Origin: Eledone cirrhosa | Taxonomy: Eukaryota | Direction: 5' to 3' | NCBI GenBank assembly: GCA_964016885.1 | Contig: OZ024740.1 | Coordinates: forward strand, 90,334,001-90,398,000 | DNA length: 64,000 nt | Shown: positions 51,720 to 64,000 of the stretch, piece after piece | Position numbering within the stretch: position 1 is the first letter of the stretch | How the letters are laid out: every line of letters starts with the position of its first letter | Notes under the pieces: generated by a model | The model's database searches: none | What the model was told of the DNA's origin: nothing | What the model saw: only the letters and a program-made list of their open reading frames with translations | Position numbers and translations under genes: made by a program

Positions 51720-52530
51720 TTGCTGCAGAGGGGCAAGGCCTAGTCTCTTACACTTTAAAAAACAAAGATATACTACACAAATCCATTGCCAAGATAAATA
51801 AATTAGTGAAAGAAAACATGGAAAGCAAAGAGAACTAAAAAAAGAGTAGTGAAAGAAAAGTGTGAATTGAGACAAAGTTGAAGAACAGACTAGACACCAG
51901 AAAACTGAAAGAAAATGGAGTTGATTGAGTGGGGGATATATGAAGCGAGAGACATGCGTTCTGCTTTGAGCTGTCAAGCACCAACTGAATGAAGAGGTTA
52001 CATCGACAAAGTGATAACATAACCTGTATGTTGTGTGAATCCAAAGTGGAGATTGTAACACACATTATATGTGGTTGTAATTTACTTGCACAAAAATATG
52101 ACAAGAGATGCCATAAGAAAGTGAACATTCACTTGTATTGATTAGGTTGACATGAACTGGAGTGTTGTTTGGGAATTACAGAGCAAAGATAATATGAGAT
52201 CTGGCTGTCCAAACATACATTAATTAAACACCTGAGACCAGACATTAAAGGGAATGTTCTGGATAATCGACGTTGCAATCAATGTGGGTCAGAGAATTGA
52301 AGAGAAATAATGGGAAAAAATAAGGAACTATTCTGTGTTGAAAGTCATAAAAAAGAAGTTTGAATGTGTCAGCAAAAGTGATTACTGTTGTTATTGGTGC
52401 CCTGGAATCAATACCAAAATGATTAGAGATGAAATTAGAAGAATTTTGAATGCAACCTAACATATCTTGCTTGCAAAAATCAGCTCTTCTTGGCTGAGGC
52501 CATATGCTGCAGAAGATACTGGCTAGATGA
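51720..52530 (+). mobile_element. Old R4-like 3' fragment
   Basis: GQGLVS, GGYMKRET, CMLCESKVEIVTHIICGC, VVIGALESIP, LQKSALLG. Confidence 0.7.
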
Positions 52531-52559
52531 AGTCGCCAGGTTGATGATCAGTTTGTTTT

Positions 52560-53371
52560 CATCTCTCTGGTGAAAAGCATGATGCAAAAGCAGTGGATGA
52601 AACATAATATTCACAAGGAGGAAGCTAGCCCACTGTGTACATTATGTAAAGAGAGACAGAGGAGACTGTGGCTAACATCATATCCGATTGCAAACTCCTG
52701 GCCTAGACTCATTATAAAGGATGGAGGCATGATATTATAGGAGAAGTGAACCACTAGCATTTGTGCAAATTGAACTATTTACTCCAGGCTCAGATGTAGT
52801 ATGAACAGGATCGGTAAGGGAAAACGACCGAGTGAAGGTGTTATGGGATTTCAGAATGCAAACTGTTAAAGAATTAGAACACAATATCCATGATTTGGTG
52901 ATGTTCGATAAAAAACAAAAAAATTCTGTTTGATTATAGATGTAGATTTCCTCTTCGACACTGGAAAAGCAGTGGGAAAAACAATAGCTGTTACGAGGAT
53001 CTGCAGGGGGCACAGAATAAGATTTGCAACTGTCATGAGATCAAGGTCATCAACTTCATCATGGGAACACAAGGTACTATCTCGAACAGTTTCCAAGACT
53101 GGCTAAAGCCCATCAGTATAACCCCCAGTTTTGGAACACTTCAAAGGGCATTGCTTCTTGGAACGGCAAGGACCCTCCAATACGCCTTGCATATCTGAGG
53201 CTGTGGATAACAGCATGATATTCATTAGGGCAATTATCCCGCTTCAATAACATCAATGACTGAGACATCATAGAAAATAATAATAATAATATTATTAATG
53301 ATAATGCTTTATTTATTCATTAGAGCAATTATTCCAGTTGTATAACATCAATGACTGAAACATAAAGTAAC

Positions 53372-53372
<1 letters not shown>
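52560..53372 (+). mobile_element. Diverged R4 family-A-related 3' fragment plus a second ~50-bp tail (53315-53372), each followed by (TAA)n
   Basis: aaggaggaagctagcccactgtg..., ggaacggcaaggaccctc, aacatcaatgactgag match the family A 3' end. Confidence 0.75.
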
Positions 53373-53424
<52 letters not shown>

Positions 53425-53425
<1 letters not shown>

Positions 53426-53634
53426 TTTTTTTATATAGGCACCATGGCTGCACTTTTGGGGGAGAGAAACATCGATTAAATCGAACCCTGTGCGAGACTG
53501 GTACTTTATTTTATCGAACCTATAAGGATGAAGGGCAAAGCTAACCTTGGCGGGATGTGAACTCAGACCGTAAAGGACCGTAACTCTTAGTTGCAAAGTA
53601 TGCCGTCCGACTCTCTACTGATACTGCAAATCCA
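53425..53634 (-). mobile_element. tRNA-derived SINE
   Basis: Same family as 23289-23464 (ggtactttattttatcga..aaggatgaa.ggcaaag..gaactcagaccgtaaag). Confidence 0.8.
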
Positions 53635-53719
53635 AATAGTGAAGGCACTCGGCATATGTCAGAAACAACACTGAAAGAAAAGGAAAACCAATAGAAATAA
53701 TAATAATAAAAATAATAAT

Positions 53720-56502
53720 GATTTATTTATTAACCACAAGGGTTTACATAAAGTAAACATTAAGGACAGTACAGGACAATACAGAATGGTACAAATGGGC
53801 ATTTCTGCGTGTAAAAAAAACAGAGGATGAAATAAAATAACAAAGAAAAATTCCCCAATAGGGGGGAGACTTCCGAGGGACATTTGTGGAGAAAGCCCAT
53901 TAAAAGACCACAGTGGCCCTGACCACCAGGGCAAGTGCCCTCTCCCAGTTTTCCACCTTTAATTTACAGACACATACTCAGAGAAGGCCCATTCATTCGG
54001 GCCATACTTGCTTCTCTCACCCATCTTTCAACAAAATGCTGGGAAGAGAGTACTTCCCTCTCTACCCTGATTTTCCTTTTCAGGTGAAATTTGAAAAAGT
54101 TAATCAGGGCATCACCGAAGTGCTCGTCTTCAGCCCTTTCAAACGTGTCCACCATACTATCACTTTCGCCATGGCCACCAGACAGATAAAAACTGCCTTC
54201 CCTTCCCGGCTAAAGGAAGAGGGCGGGGCAATCCTCACGATGGACTCAGCTGATAGCTGGATCCGTCCTACACGTGACAGCAGGTGTTCGACATAAACCC
54301 ACAAGTCAGCAATGCTCGGACACTGGACGACTGCGTGCAGGACGGTTTCGTCGCCCTGTGCGCATCTCGGACATGCCCGGCTGACGGCACCTCCATGCCT
54401 GTAGAGTTTATCCCGAACTGGCAAAGCACCCCGGTAGCACTGCCAGGCCAGGGATTTCTGGAAGTTGTCCATAGGCCCCGGCCCGAAAGTCCTTCCTAAG
54501 AGATTGGCTAGTTGATTTTCGTCGACGCCTAGATTTTCTCAAAGTACGTCGTCGCTCTTCCCCTCCACTAATCCCCTATAGAACGCCAAGGTGGAGTTTC
54601 CACCGATCACATTGCCCGATTGGTCGAGGACTGTGAGCGCCTGAAGACATTCCAGTCTCCAAGCGCTCCCTCTCGGTCTTCGCTTGACCCAGGACTGCAG
54701 CTCCGTCAAGGAGACGAGCTGGGGAAAAACGTGTCTAGCAAACGGCGACCACACCTGATCACCGTCGAGGAAGAGGTGGAGATGTCGTAGCCTGAGCGCG
54801 TGTCTGCGCATCATCAGCCACGGCATGCCCAGCCATCCACGTAGCGGGTGTTGACAGCAGATGGACCGCCTGACAATCGGAGCGCGTCCCTTCCACAAGA
54901 AGCGAAAGAGGAAACGCTCCAGCGCAGTCAGGCGGGGCTTAGGACAAGGTACGACGGTCAGGCGGTAGTAGATGACGGACGCTATATACGCGTTAGCCAC
55001 CTCCGCTCGACCTTTCAGGGATAGCTTCCTCTCGGCCCATTTCTGGGTGAGAGAAGCCACCCTGCTCGTCACCTCGTCCCAGTTTTTGTCCGTCTGGAGG
55101 TCTGGACCGAACCAGACCCCTAGCAATTTAACCGGTCCGTCTGTCCAGCGCCCGACGACGCTGTTGGACGGCATGGACCTGCCTCTCCAGGTGCCGAGCT
55201 GCAGGCCCACTGACTTTTCCTGGTTGATCATTGCTCCTGTCACCGCTTCGTATTCTCTTAGTGTAGTGCCGATCGCCTCGATGTGTTTGGCGTTCGACAC
55301 CACTCCGGTGACATCGTCGGCATATGCTGACACGGATCTTCCGCATCCTAGTTCGCGCGGGATCCCCCTCAACGTCTCCAGTTTATGCAGTAATGGCTCG
55401 AGAATCAATACGTACAATAGGGAGGAGAGGGGACATCCTTGGCGGACCGAGCGCATGATGTTGAACGGTTCCGAAAGGTGACCGTTCACTCTCACTACAG
55501 AGCAGATGTCGCTGTGCATGGCAGCGATCCAGCCGCTGAAGACGGGCCCAAAGCCAGCCGCCCTCAGGACTGCCGCTAGGTAACGATGGTCGACCCTATC
55601 GAAAGCTTTCGACTGATCTAAATTGGTCAAGGACCCACCATGCCAGGTTCCTTAGCTACCCTCTCTACGATGTATCGCATGAGGTGGAGGTTGTTGTGGA
55701 TGGATCTGTCGGGAATGGCGCATGTCTGCGCCTCTCCCACCAGTCCACCAACGACAAGCGCCAACCTCTTTGCTAGCACCTTGGCCAAAATCTTGAACTC
55801 TGTGTTTAGCAGAGTTATGGGCCGGAAAATATCTATTTTATCCCCCTTGTTCGGATCCTTTCTCAGCAGTGCCACCGCTCATCGGCTCACAGAACTGGGA
55901 ATTCTCCCGTTCTGTTGCCAGTTGCTGTAGACGTCCGCCAAGAGGCCTCCGAACAAGTCTGGCATCTGTACGTAAAGTTCATAGGGCAGACCATCCAAAC
56001 CAGGCGATTTACCCCTTGTGCAGCCAGTCATTGCCTCCCTTACTTCAGCGGCTGTTATCGGCTTTTCGCAACACTTCGCCTCAGTGGCCGAGAGCCGCGG
56101 CAGTCCGTCGAGGTAGACACTAAAGGCCATCCCTCGACCCGGCCCACCGCTGCCCCCGAACAGCTGAGCGAAGTGTCGCTGAAAAGCTTCACACATTTGC
56201 CCGGGATCGAGTAACATGCGCCCGTCGTGGTCCACCAAAGACCGGATCGTGGCTTTCTTGCCACGACGCACCTCCGCCACTCGGGCCCATTGAACGGCTT
56301 TCGTCCTCTCGTGTCTGAGAGCACGCACCCTTGCTCTGACAACGCAGCCATCCTGCTTTGCATTGAAGAATTGGTCAAGGGCCAATTTCGCCGCAAGCAC
56401 GTCAGTCGCAATGCCTTTGCTAAGCGCCTCGTCTAATTTTCTAACTAGTTCTCCCTCTGCTCTATTTTTCTCTATTGCTAAAGTCTTACTAAATCTAATG
56501 GA
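53720..56502 (-). mobile_element. Tx1-clade LINE copy 5, 5'-truncated
   Basis: ORFs 55879-56500, 55627-55875, 54539-55630, 54104-54472; 3'UTR ends at an (ATT)-type tract on its sense strand. Confidence 0.92.
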
Positions 56503-59500
56503 GAAAAACAAAAACAAAAAAAAACGTAAAGAAAAAAAGAATGAAGAGAGAAACAAGCGGACGGACAGAGAAGAGAAGGGAAAAACTAAGTCAGACATTC
56601 GAACACTACATTACAATGAAACTTATGCTTATTCATTTTTGGGTTTTTTTCTGCCTGTGTTTTTGTTTGTTTATTTGTGTTCGTCTACAGCGTGGTGATA
56701 ATGCCACACAAGAGCCAAGTGGAGCTCCGCAACCACCGGAGACGGTGAATCCACAGATGGTTATGTAACCATACATTCGCCAATCCTCGATAAGAGTATT
56801 TAAATATCGATCCTAAACTGTTCGAATAACGGTGAAATGGAGACTAGAACGTCATGTGACAGACTCTCACCCAACAGGTGCTCCCTTTCTCAGCAGCAGG
56901 AACCTGGCTGTCAACCAAATACTGCTGGTGTCGGAGGAAGAAGAAGAAGGAAAGGGACCAGAACCAACTATACGAAAGAATTGAATAGAACTGTTATGCA
57001 ATATTACCTGAAAAGTAACCCAAGGAGAGGGGCTATAGGAGACGGATGCATAACATCTGGAACGAGATTGGTCTATTTAAATTAGATGAACAAAAATTGG
57101 CCGGGCAGGGTCGGGTAATACGAACGAATGGGTGGATATGCGAGCTGGAACGGGCTGGGACAAGATTCGGTTGACATCCTAAATTTAGTGGTAGATGAAT
57201 TGAACAATGATAGTGGGAGACCTATGAACCTAAGATTTGTAGACAGGAAAAATTTAAAAGAAACAACAGCTAAGGTAAACAAAGTCATCCCATACCTTGA
57301 GGCGAGGAGCCTTTACCAGTGCAACAATATCCTCAAAGCAACAGCAAATACGGTGAGGAAACTACTTGGTATAAAAGCGAGAGGAAACAACAGACAAGAA
57401 AGAGCAGAGCCTTGGTGGAAGAAACGACTGAGTGGTCAAATCAGGGAAATGAGAAATTACATTGGAAAGCTTGAGTCACTACTGAATGGGACACTAAAAA
57501 ACATAGTCACTAAAAATAGACTGGAAATAAAGTACAAAACTAGGAGAAAAAAGCTAAATATTATCATAGAGGAACTGAAGCAACGCATTGTAGCAAAGAG
57601 TGCAAAAATCAGGCGATACGAGAACAGAGTCAGTCAGTATAAACAGAACCGCATGTTCGACAACAACCAGAAGATGCTGTTTGGACAGCTTGAGGGGAAA
57701 GAAAGAGGCAACGACTTGATCTTTGAGGCGGAACAAACCAAAACATTCTGGAGAGGAATATGGGAGCAGGATGTTAGACATAATGACCAGGCAGGGTGGA
57801 TTGAGACAGTACAGAGGGAGATCGGTGAGCAGGCACACCAACAAACTGATTTGAGTATCACAGTTGAAACTCTTAAGGGGCAGGCCAAAAAACTAACCAA
57901 ATGGAAATCACCAGGCCCAGATGGTGTGCATGGGTATTGGATTAAAAATATAACATCCCTCCACCCGAAGCTGACAACCATGGTCAATGACTGCTTGATG
58001 TCAGGTGAGGTACCAGAGTGGTTGACGAAAGGTACCACAGGTCTGGTAAAGACCGAATCAAGGGTAATGATGTTACCAACTATAGACCTATCATATGTAT
58101 GTCCGTAATGTGGAAACTGTTGACGAGCATTGTGTCTAGGGAAATCTACCATCACCTCCACACAAACAACTTGTTACCGGACGAACAGAAAGGATGCCGA
58201 AAGAAGTCACGTGGTACAAAGGACCAGTTACTTATTGATAATATGGTAATGGGGAATTGCAGGAGGAGACACACTGATCTTGCCATGGGATGGACAGACT
58301 ACAGAAAGGCATTTGACATGGTGCCACATTCTTGGATCACCAAAAGCCTGGAGATCTTCAAGGTGGCAGATAACATCAGACAGTTGTTGGGCAAGAGTAT
58401 GAGGTCCTGGGAAACAGAGTTGACATCAACTGGAGAATCCTTGGGAAGCGTGAAGATCAAGAGAGGTATCTTCCAGGGAGATAGTCTGTCCCCTCTGTTG
58501 TTTGTCCTTGCCCTGATGCCCCTGACCAGTGTACTGCGAAAAGTGAGAGCAGGATACGGTTTGGGAAAGGGAGGGCTTACCATCAATCATCTCCCCTTCA
58601 TGGACGATCTTAAGCTCTTCGGGAAGAGTGAGAAGGAGTTGGATGTGCTTGTTGACACTGTCCGTATTTTTAGCAGTGATATATGTATGCAGTTTGGTAT
58701 TAGTAAGTGTGGAGTCATTGTGATGAGGAGGGGTAAGTTGAGCAGAAGTAACGGAATCCAGATACCAACAGGTGAGATGATAAAGGAAATTGACTCTGAG
58801 GAAGGATACAAGTATTTTAGCGTTCTGGAGACTGATGGCATAAATAACAAAAAAAGAGTAAGGAGCGTATTGAAGTCACATCTGAACAGCAGAAAGGCCA
58901 TAAGCGCAGTAAATTCCCTAGCTGTGTCTATTATTAGGTACAGTGCGGGAATTCTGAGATGGAATGTTGCTGAACAAAAAGAAATGGATAGGAAGACTAG
59001 GAAGCTATTGACTATCTACAACATGTTCCACAAGAAGGGTGATGTCGATAGACTCTGCCTAAGGAGATCTGAGGGTGGAAGAGGTCTTATCAGCATAGAG
59101 GATTGTGTTCAGATAGAGAAAAATAACCTACACAAATACGTGACTGATAGTAAGGAGCCAATGCTCAGAACTGTACTGAAGGAGGGGACAATAGGCCAGG
59201 GGATGTCCAAGGAGGAAATAACATCAAGGAGAAAGAGCAGCCTTCAGGAAAAATCCCTTCATAGTACCTTCTTTGAGAAAACTGAATTTAGAGAACCACA
59301 GACATGGAACTGGTTAAGAAGAGGAGACCTTAAAAAGCCTACAGAAGGAATGTTAATGGCTGCGCAGGAACAGGCACTCAAAACGAAGTGGTTGAAACAC
59401 CATATTTACAAGGAGGAGGCTAGCCCACTGTGCAGGATCTGTGGAGAGAGAGGGGAGACTGTGGCTCACATTGTATCCGAGTGTAAACACCTAGCCCAGA

Positions 59501-60076
59501 CCCACTATAAGGGCTGGAGACATGATGTGATGGGCAGGGTGATCCACTGGCACCTGTCAAAGCAAACAATTTACCACATTCTGAGAAGTGGTATGAGCAT
59601 AAGCCAGAGGCGGTGATGTAGAACGATCAGGTGAAGGTGCTGTGGTTTTTTTACGATACAGACGGACAAGAAACTGGAACACAATTGACCTAACCTGGTG
59701 GTTGTGGACAAAGTAAAAAGATCGTTTCTGATTGTGGATGTGGCCTGCCCATTCGACACGAGAGTGCAAGAGAAGGAGAGGGAGAAAATTATCCGATACC
59801 AGGACTTAAAGTGGGAGGTAAACAGGATTTGGAACTGCCATGAAGTCAAAGTGATCCCGATTGTCATAGGCGCACTGGGTACTTTCTCCAAAAGTTTCCA
59901 GGGATGGTTAAAGAAAATCGGCCCCTTCACGCTTTTTGGAACGCTTCAAAATGCATGCTTGCTGGGAACAGCAAGAACCCTCTGATACGTCCTGAATATC
60001 TGAGGCTGCAGGTAGTGGCTTGATATTCATTCCAACGGACTTTCCAGTTATCTAACATCAATGACTGAGATTCAAG

Positions 60077-60077
<1 letters not shown>
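56501..60077 (+). mobile_element. R4/Dong family A copy 2 (leader truncated, internal deletion near 57148)
   Basis: METRTSCD start, RT ORF 58018-59616, RLE 59698-59985, tail at (TAA)n 60078-60140. Confidence 0.92.
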
Positions 60078-60140
<63 letters not shown>

Positions 60141-60141
<1 letters not shown>

Positions 60142-60268
60142 TTTTCTTTATTAACCACAAGGGTTCACATAAAGTAGACATTAAGGACAGTACAGGACAA
60201 TACAGGACGGTACAAATGGGCATTTCTGCGTGTAAAAAAACAGAGGTTGAAATAAAATAACAATAAAA
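60141..60268 (-). mobile_element. Tx1 3'UTR-only insertion flanked by (TAA)n
   Basis: Matches the last ~130 nt of the Tx1 copies. Confidence 0.85.
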
Positions 60269-60602
60269 TAACAATAATAATAATAATAATAATAATAATA
60301 ATTAATTTAAGTCTAGTGACCCTGCAGGTTAGCCAAAATGGAATAGACACTCCATCGGGAATATAATCTAATTCTATACCAACTCTGTACCTATACATGT
60401 ATTGAATTCTACCCTGATTAGTGATCTTCCCTGTCACTAAACTGCAGACACATAGTGTGTGTGTCTATATATATATATACACACACTCTATAGAAATATG
60501 AGAGGGAAAATGATTCTCCAAATATGAAATATTTGTAGAACCAAATTCATCACATTTTAAAATCCATTTAGTTATGAAATAGACGTTCTTTAGGAATTAC
60601 TC

Positions 60603-60680
<78 letters not shown>

Positions 60681-63600
60681 GGGAAGAAGACACACGAGGT
60701 GACGGAGGTCATGAAATCGCTCCCGTAAGTTTTGAATTTTTAACATATTTAAATCATTTGTGAAATAACAACTCTTAGTACAAATGCTACGTAAAGCACC
60801 CGACTTGAGCCCCAAAAGATTCGGACCCAAAATATATTGTTATAAGGCTCAAATATTCAAATATTCAACTTTGTATTGTACACTGTATATCCAAAAAAGA
60901 AAATGGCTATAAATGGAAGAAGGATCCCCCCCTCCTCTCCTCTGTCTACACTATATAGGACAGCCAAACTCACCAACACCAGAAACTAGATACACCACCC
61001 ACCCCATCATCTGTGTACACTAAACACAACAGCCAGATAACGGCATTTTCACCTTCACCACCACCGCTCACTACGGCCATCATTACCACCACTATTCCAT
61101 CACCGCCGCCACCACCCCTTCACTCCTTCACTGCAGCCACCGCTACAGCACCACCACTACAGTAATACGGTCACATCACCGCCACCACTGCCTCGGTATC
61201 GACATCACCACCACCACTGTCTCAGTATCGCTACCGCTGCCAGTCTCCCACTTCTCCCTGCTGGCTGCTACTTCCACATTATAGAATTCCTACTACTAAC
61301 AAAGAGGAAGGCATCAAAATATATAGATAGACTCAAAAGAAAAAAGAAAAAACAAACAACAAAACCAAAGCAGCACAGCAACAACAGCAAAAACGAGAAA
61401 AACAAACAGAGAAAAACAAAAACAAAAAAAGAAACCCCCAAAACGTAAAGAAAATAAGGATGAAGAGAGAAGCAGGCGGACGGAGAAGAGGGTGGAAAAA
61501 CTAAAACTTAAAAAACAAAAACTAAGTCAGACATTCGAACACTACATTACAATGAAATTTATGCTTATTCATTTTTGGGGCCCTTTCTGCCTGTGTGTTT
61601 GTTTGTTTATGTGTGTTCGTATACAGCGTGGTGATAATGCCACACAAGGGCCAAGTGGGATGGCGGATCCACAGATGGCTATGTAACCATACATTCGCCA
61701 ATCCTCGATAAGAGTGTTTAAATATCGAACATAAACAGTTCAAATAACGGTGAAATGGAGACTAGAACGTCATGTGACAGACTCTCACCCAACAGGTGCC
61801 CCCTGGCTCAGCAGCAGGAACCTGACTGTCAACCAAATACTGCTGATGTTGGAGGAAGAAGAAGGAAAGGGGCCAGAACCAACTGGACGAAAGAATTGAA
61901 TAGAACTGTTATGCAATATTACCTGAAAAGTAACCCAAAGGAGAGGGGCTACAGGAGACGGATGCATAACATCTGGAACGAGATTGGTTTATTTAAATTA
62001 GATGAACAAAAATTGGCCGGGCAGGCTCGGGTAATAAGATCTAATGGGTGGATAAGCGAGCTGGAACTGGAGGAACTGAGCAGAGAGAATGGCTTGGAGA
62101 TGGCGGGTGTAGTATGCCAGACAAGCGAGCCAGTGGGAAATGAAGGTGAAGAGGTCTTGAGAAAGGAGGAACCACCTGAAGCAGACAATGATCTGAATAC
62201 TGAGATAAATAATACCTGGAACAGAGATACGGCCACTGAGGAGATGAATGCTGACGGGCTAGGACAAGATTCGGTTGACATCCTAAATTTAGTGGTAGAT
62301 GAATTGAACAATGATAGTGGGAGACCTATGAACCTAAAATTTGTAGACAGGAAAAAGTTAAAAGAAACAACAGCTAAGGTAAACAAAGTCATCCCATACC
62401 TTGAGGCGAGGAGCCTTCACCAGTGCAACAATATCCTCAAAGCAACAGCAAATACGGTGAGGAAACTACTTGGTATAAAAACGAGAGGAAACAACAGACA
62501 AGAAAGAGCAGAGCCGTGGTGGAAGAACGACTGAGTGGGCAAATCGGGGAAATGAGAAATGACATAGGAAAGCTTGAGTCACTACTGAATGGGACACTAA
62601 AAAACATAGGCACTAAAAATAGACTGGAAATAAAATACAAAACTAGGAGTAAAAAGCTAAATATTATCATAGAGGTATTGAAGCAACGCATTGTAGCAAA
62701 GAGTGCAAAAATCAGGCGATACGAGAACAGAGTCAGTCTGTATAAACAGAACCGCATGTTCGACAACAACCAGAAGATGCTGTTTGGACAGCTTGAGGGG
62801 AAAGAAAGAGGCAACGACTTGATCCCTGGGGCGGAACAAACTAAAACATTCTGGAGAGGAATATGGGAGCAGGATGTTAGACATAATGCCCAGGCAGGGT
62901 GGATTGAGACAGTACAGAGGGAGATCGGTGAGCAGGCACAACAACAAACTGATTTGAGTATCACAGTTGAAACTCTTAAGGGGCAGGCCAAAAAACTAAC
63001 CAACTGGAAATCACCAGGCCCAGATGGTGTGCAGGGGTATTGGATTAAACATTTAACATCCCTCCACCCGAAGCTGACGGCCATGTTCAATGACTGCTTG
63101 GTGTCGGGTGAGGTTCCAGAGTGGTTGACAAAAGGTACCACAGTTCTGATAATGAAAGACCGAATCAAGGGTAATGATGTTACCAACTATAGACCTATCA
63201 CATGTCTGTCCGTAATGTGGAAACTGTTGACGAGCATTGTGTCTGAGGAAATCTACCATCACCTCCACACAAACAACTTGTTACCGGACGAACAGAAAGG
63301 ATGCCGAAAGAAGTCACGTGGTACAAATGACCAGTTACTTATTGATAAGATGGTAATGGGGAATTGCAGGAGGAGACACACTGATCTTGCCATGGGATGG
63401 ATAGACTACAGAAAGGCATTTGACATGGTGCCTCATTCTTGGATCACCAAAAGCCTGGAGATCTTCAGGGTGGCAGATAACATCAGACAGTTGCTGGGCA
63501 GGAGTATGGGGTCCTGGGAGCCAGAGTTGACATCAACTGGAGTATCCTTGGGAAGCGTGAAGATCAAGAGAGGTATCTTCCAGGGAGATAGCCTGTCCCC

Positions 63601-64000
63601 TCTGTTGTTTGTCCTTGCCCTAATGCCCTTGACCATTATGCTGCGAAAAGTGAGAGCAGGATACAAGTTGGGAAGGGGAGAGCTTACCATCAATCACCTC
63701 CTCTTCATGGACGATCTTAAGCTCTTCGGGAAAAGTGAGAAGGAGTTGGATGTGCTTGTTGACACTGTCAGTATTTTCAGCAGTGATATATGTATGCAGT
63801 TTGGTATTGGTAAATGTGGAGTCATTGTGATGAGGAGGGGTAGGTTGAGCAGAAGTAGCGGGATCCAGATACCAACAGGTGAGATGATAAAGGAAATTGA
63901 CTCCGAGGAAGGATACAATATTTGGGCGTTCTGGAGGCTGATGGCATAAAGAACAAAAAAATGAAGGAATTGTTAAGAACTGAATACATTCGGAGCGTAA
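60681..64000 (+). mobile_element. R4/Dong family A copy 3 (runs off the window)
   Basis: Starts (TAA)n|GGGAAGAAGAC like copy 1; ORFs 61755-62534 and 62423-63949 with RT motifs. Confidence 0.92.

Noticed and set aside
25829-60680. Telomeric retrotransposon array
   Set aside because: Spacers are (TAA)n, not TTAGGG/TTAGG; polarity reverses mid-array; nothing indicates a chromosome end
23605-63918. Numerous antisense ORFs and poly-L/I/N ORFs
   Set aside because: Shadows of retrotransposon ORFs or read-through of (TTA)n spacers

Overview
Eukaryotic, repeat-dominated window with no recognisable host gene; the SINE family and microsatellite load suggest an octopod cephalopod (inference). It has two domains. 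(1) 1-23.5 kb is a (TA)n-rich domain. It holds fragments of Penelope-like elements (PLE; RT and GIY-YIG motifs resembling the Naiad clade), seven fold-back (inverted-repeat) elements, nine loci with type-I hammerhead ribozyme (HHR) cores or remnants, two ~0.5 kb-unit tandem arrays, two decayed RTE LINEs and tRNA-SINEs. Six sequence-unrelated PLE termini share a bulged hairpin (RCTC-stem-YW-GAGY) just downstream of the HHR. In three elements the inverted terminal copy stops 5-9 nt before this hairpin at a TATA-like tract, and in one of them it ends in a triplicated 9-mer. This is the best candidate for an undescribed cis-acting RT-initiation / microsatellite-targeting module. (2) 23.5-64 kb is an array of Tx1-clade (APE-RT) and R4/Dong-clade (RT-RLE) retrotransposons separated by (TTA)n/(TAA)n tracts, and the two clades always face opposite ways relative to the microsatellite. 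The Tx1 family shows an ORF1/5'UTR swap and a conserved 52-nt GT-AG segment whose removal would fuse ORF1 and ORF2 in frame. All alignments and folds were done by eye.
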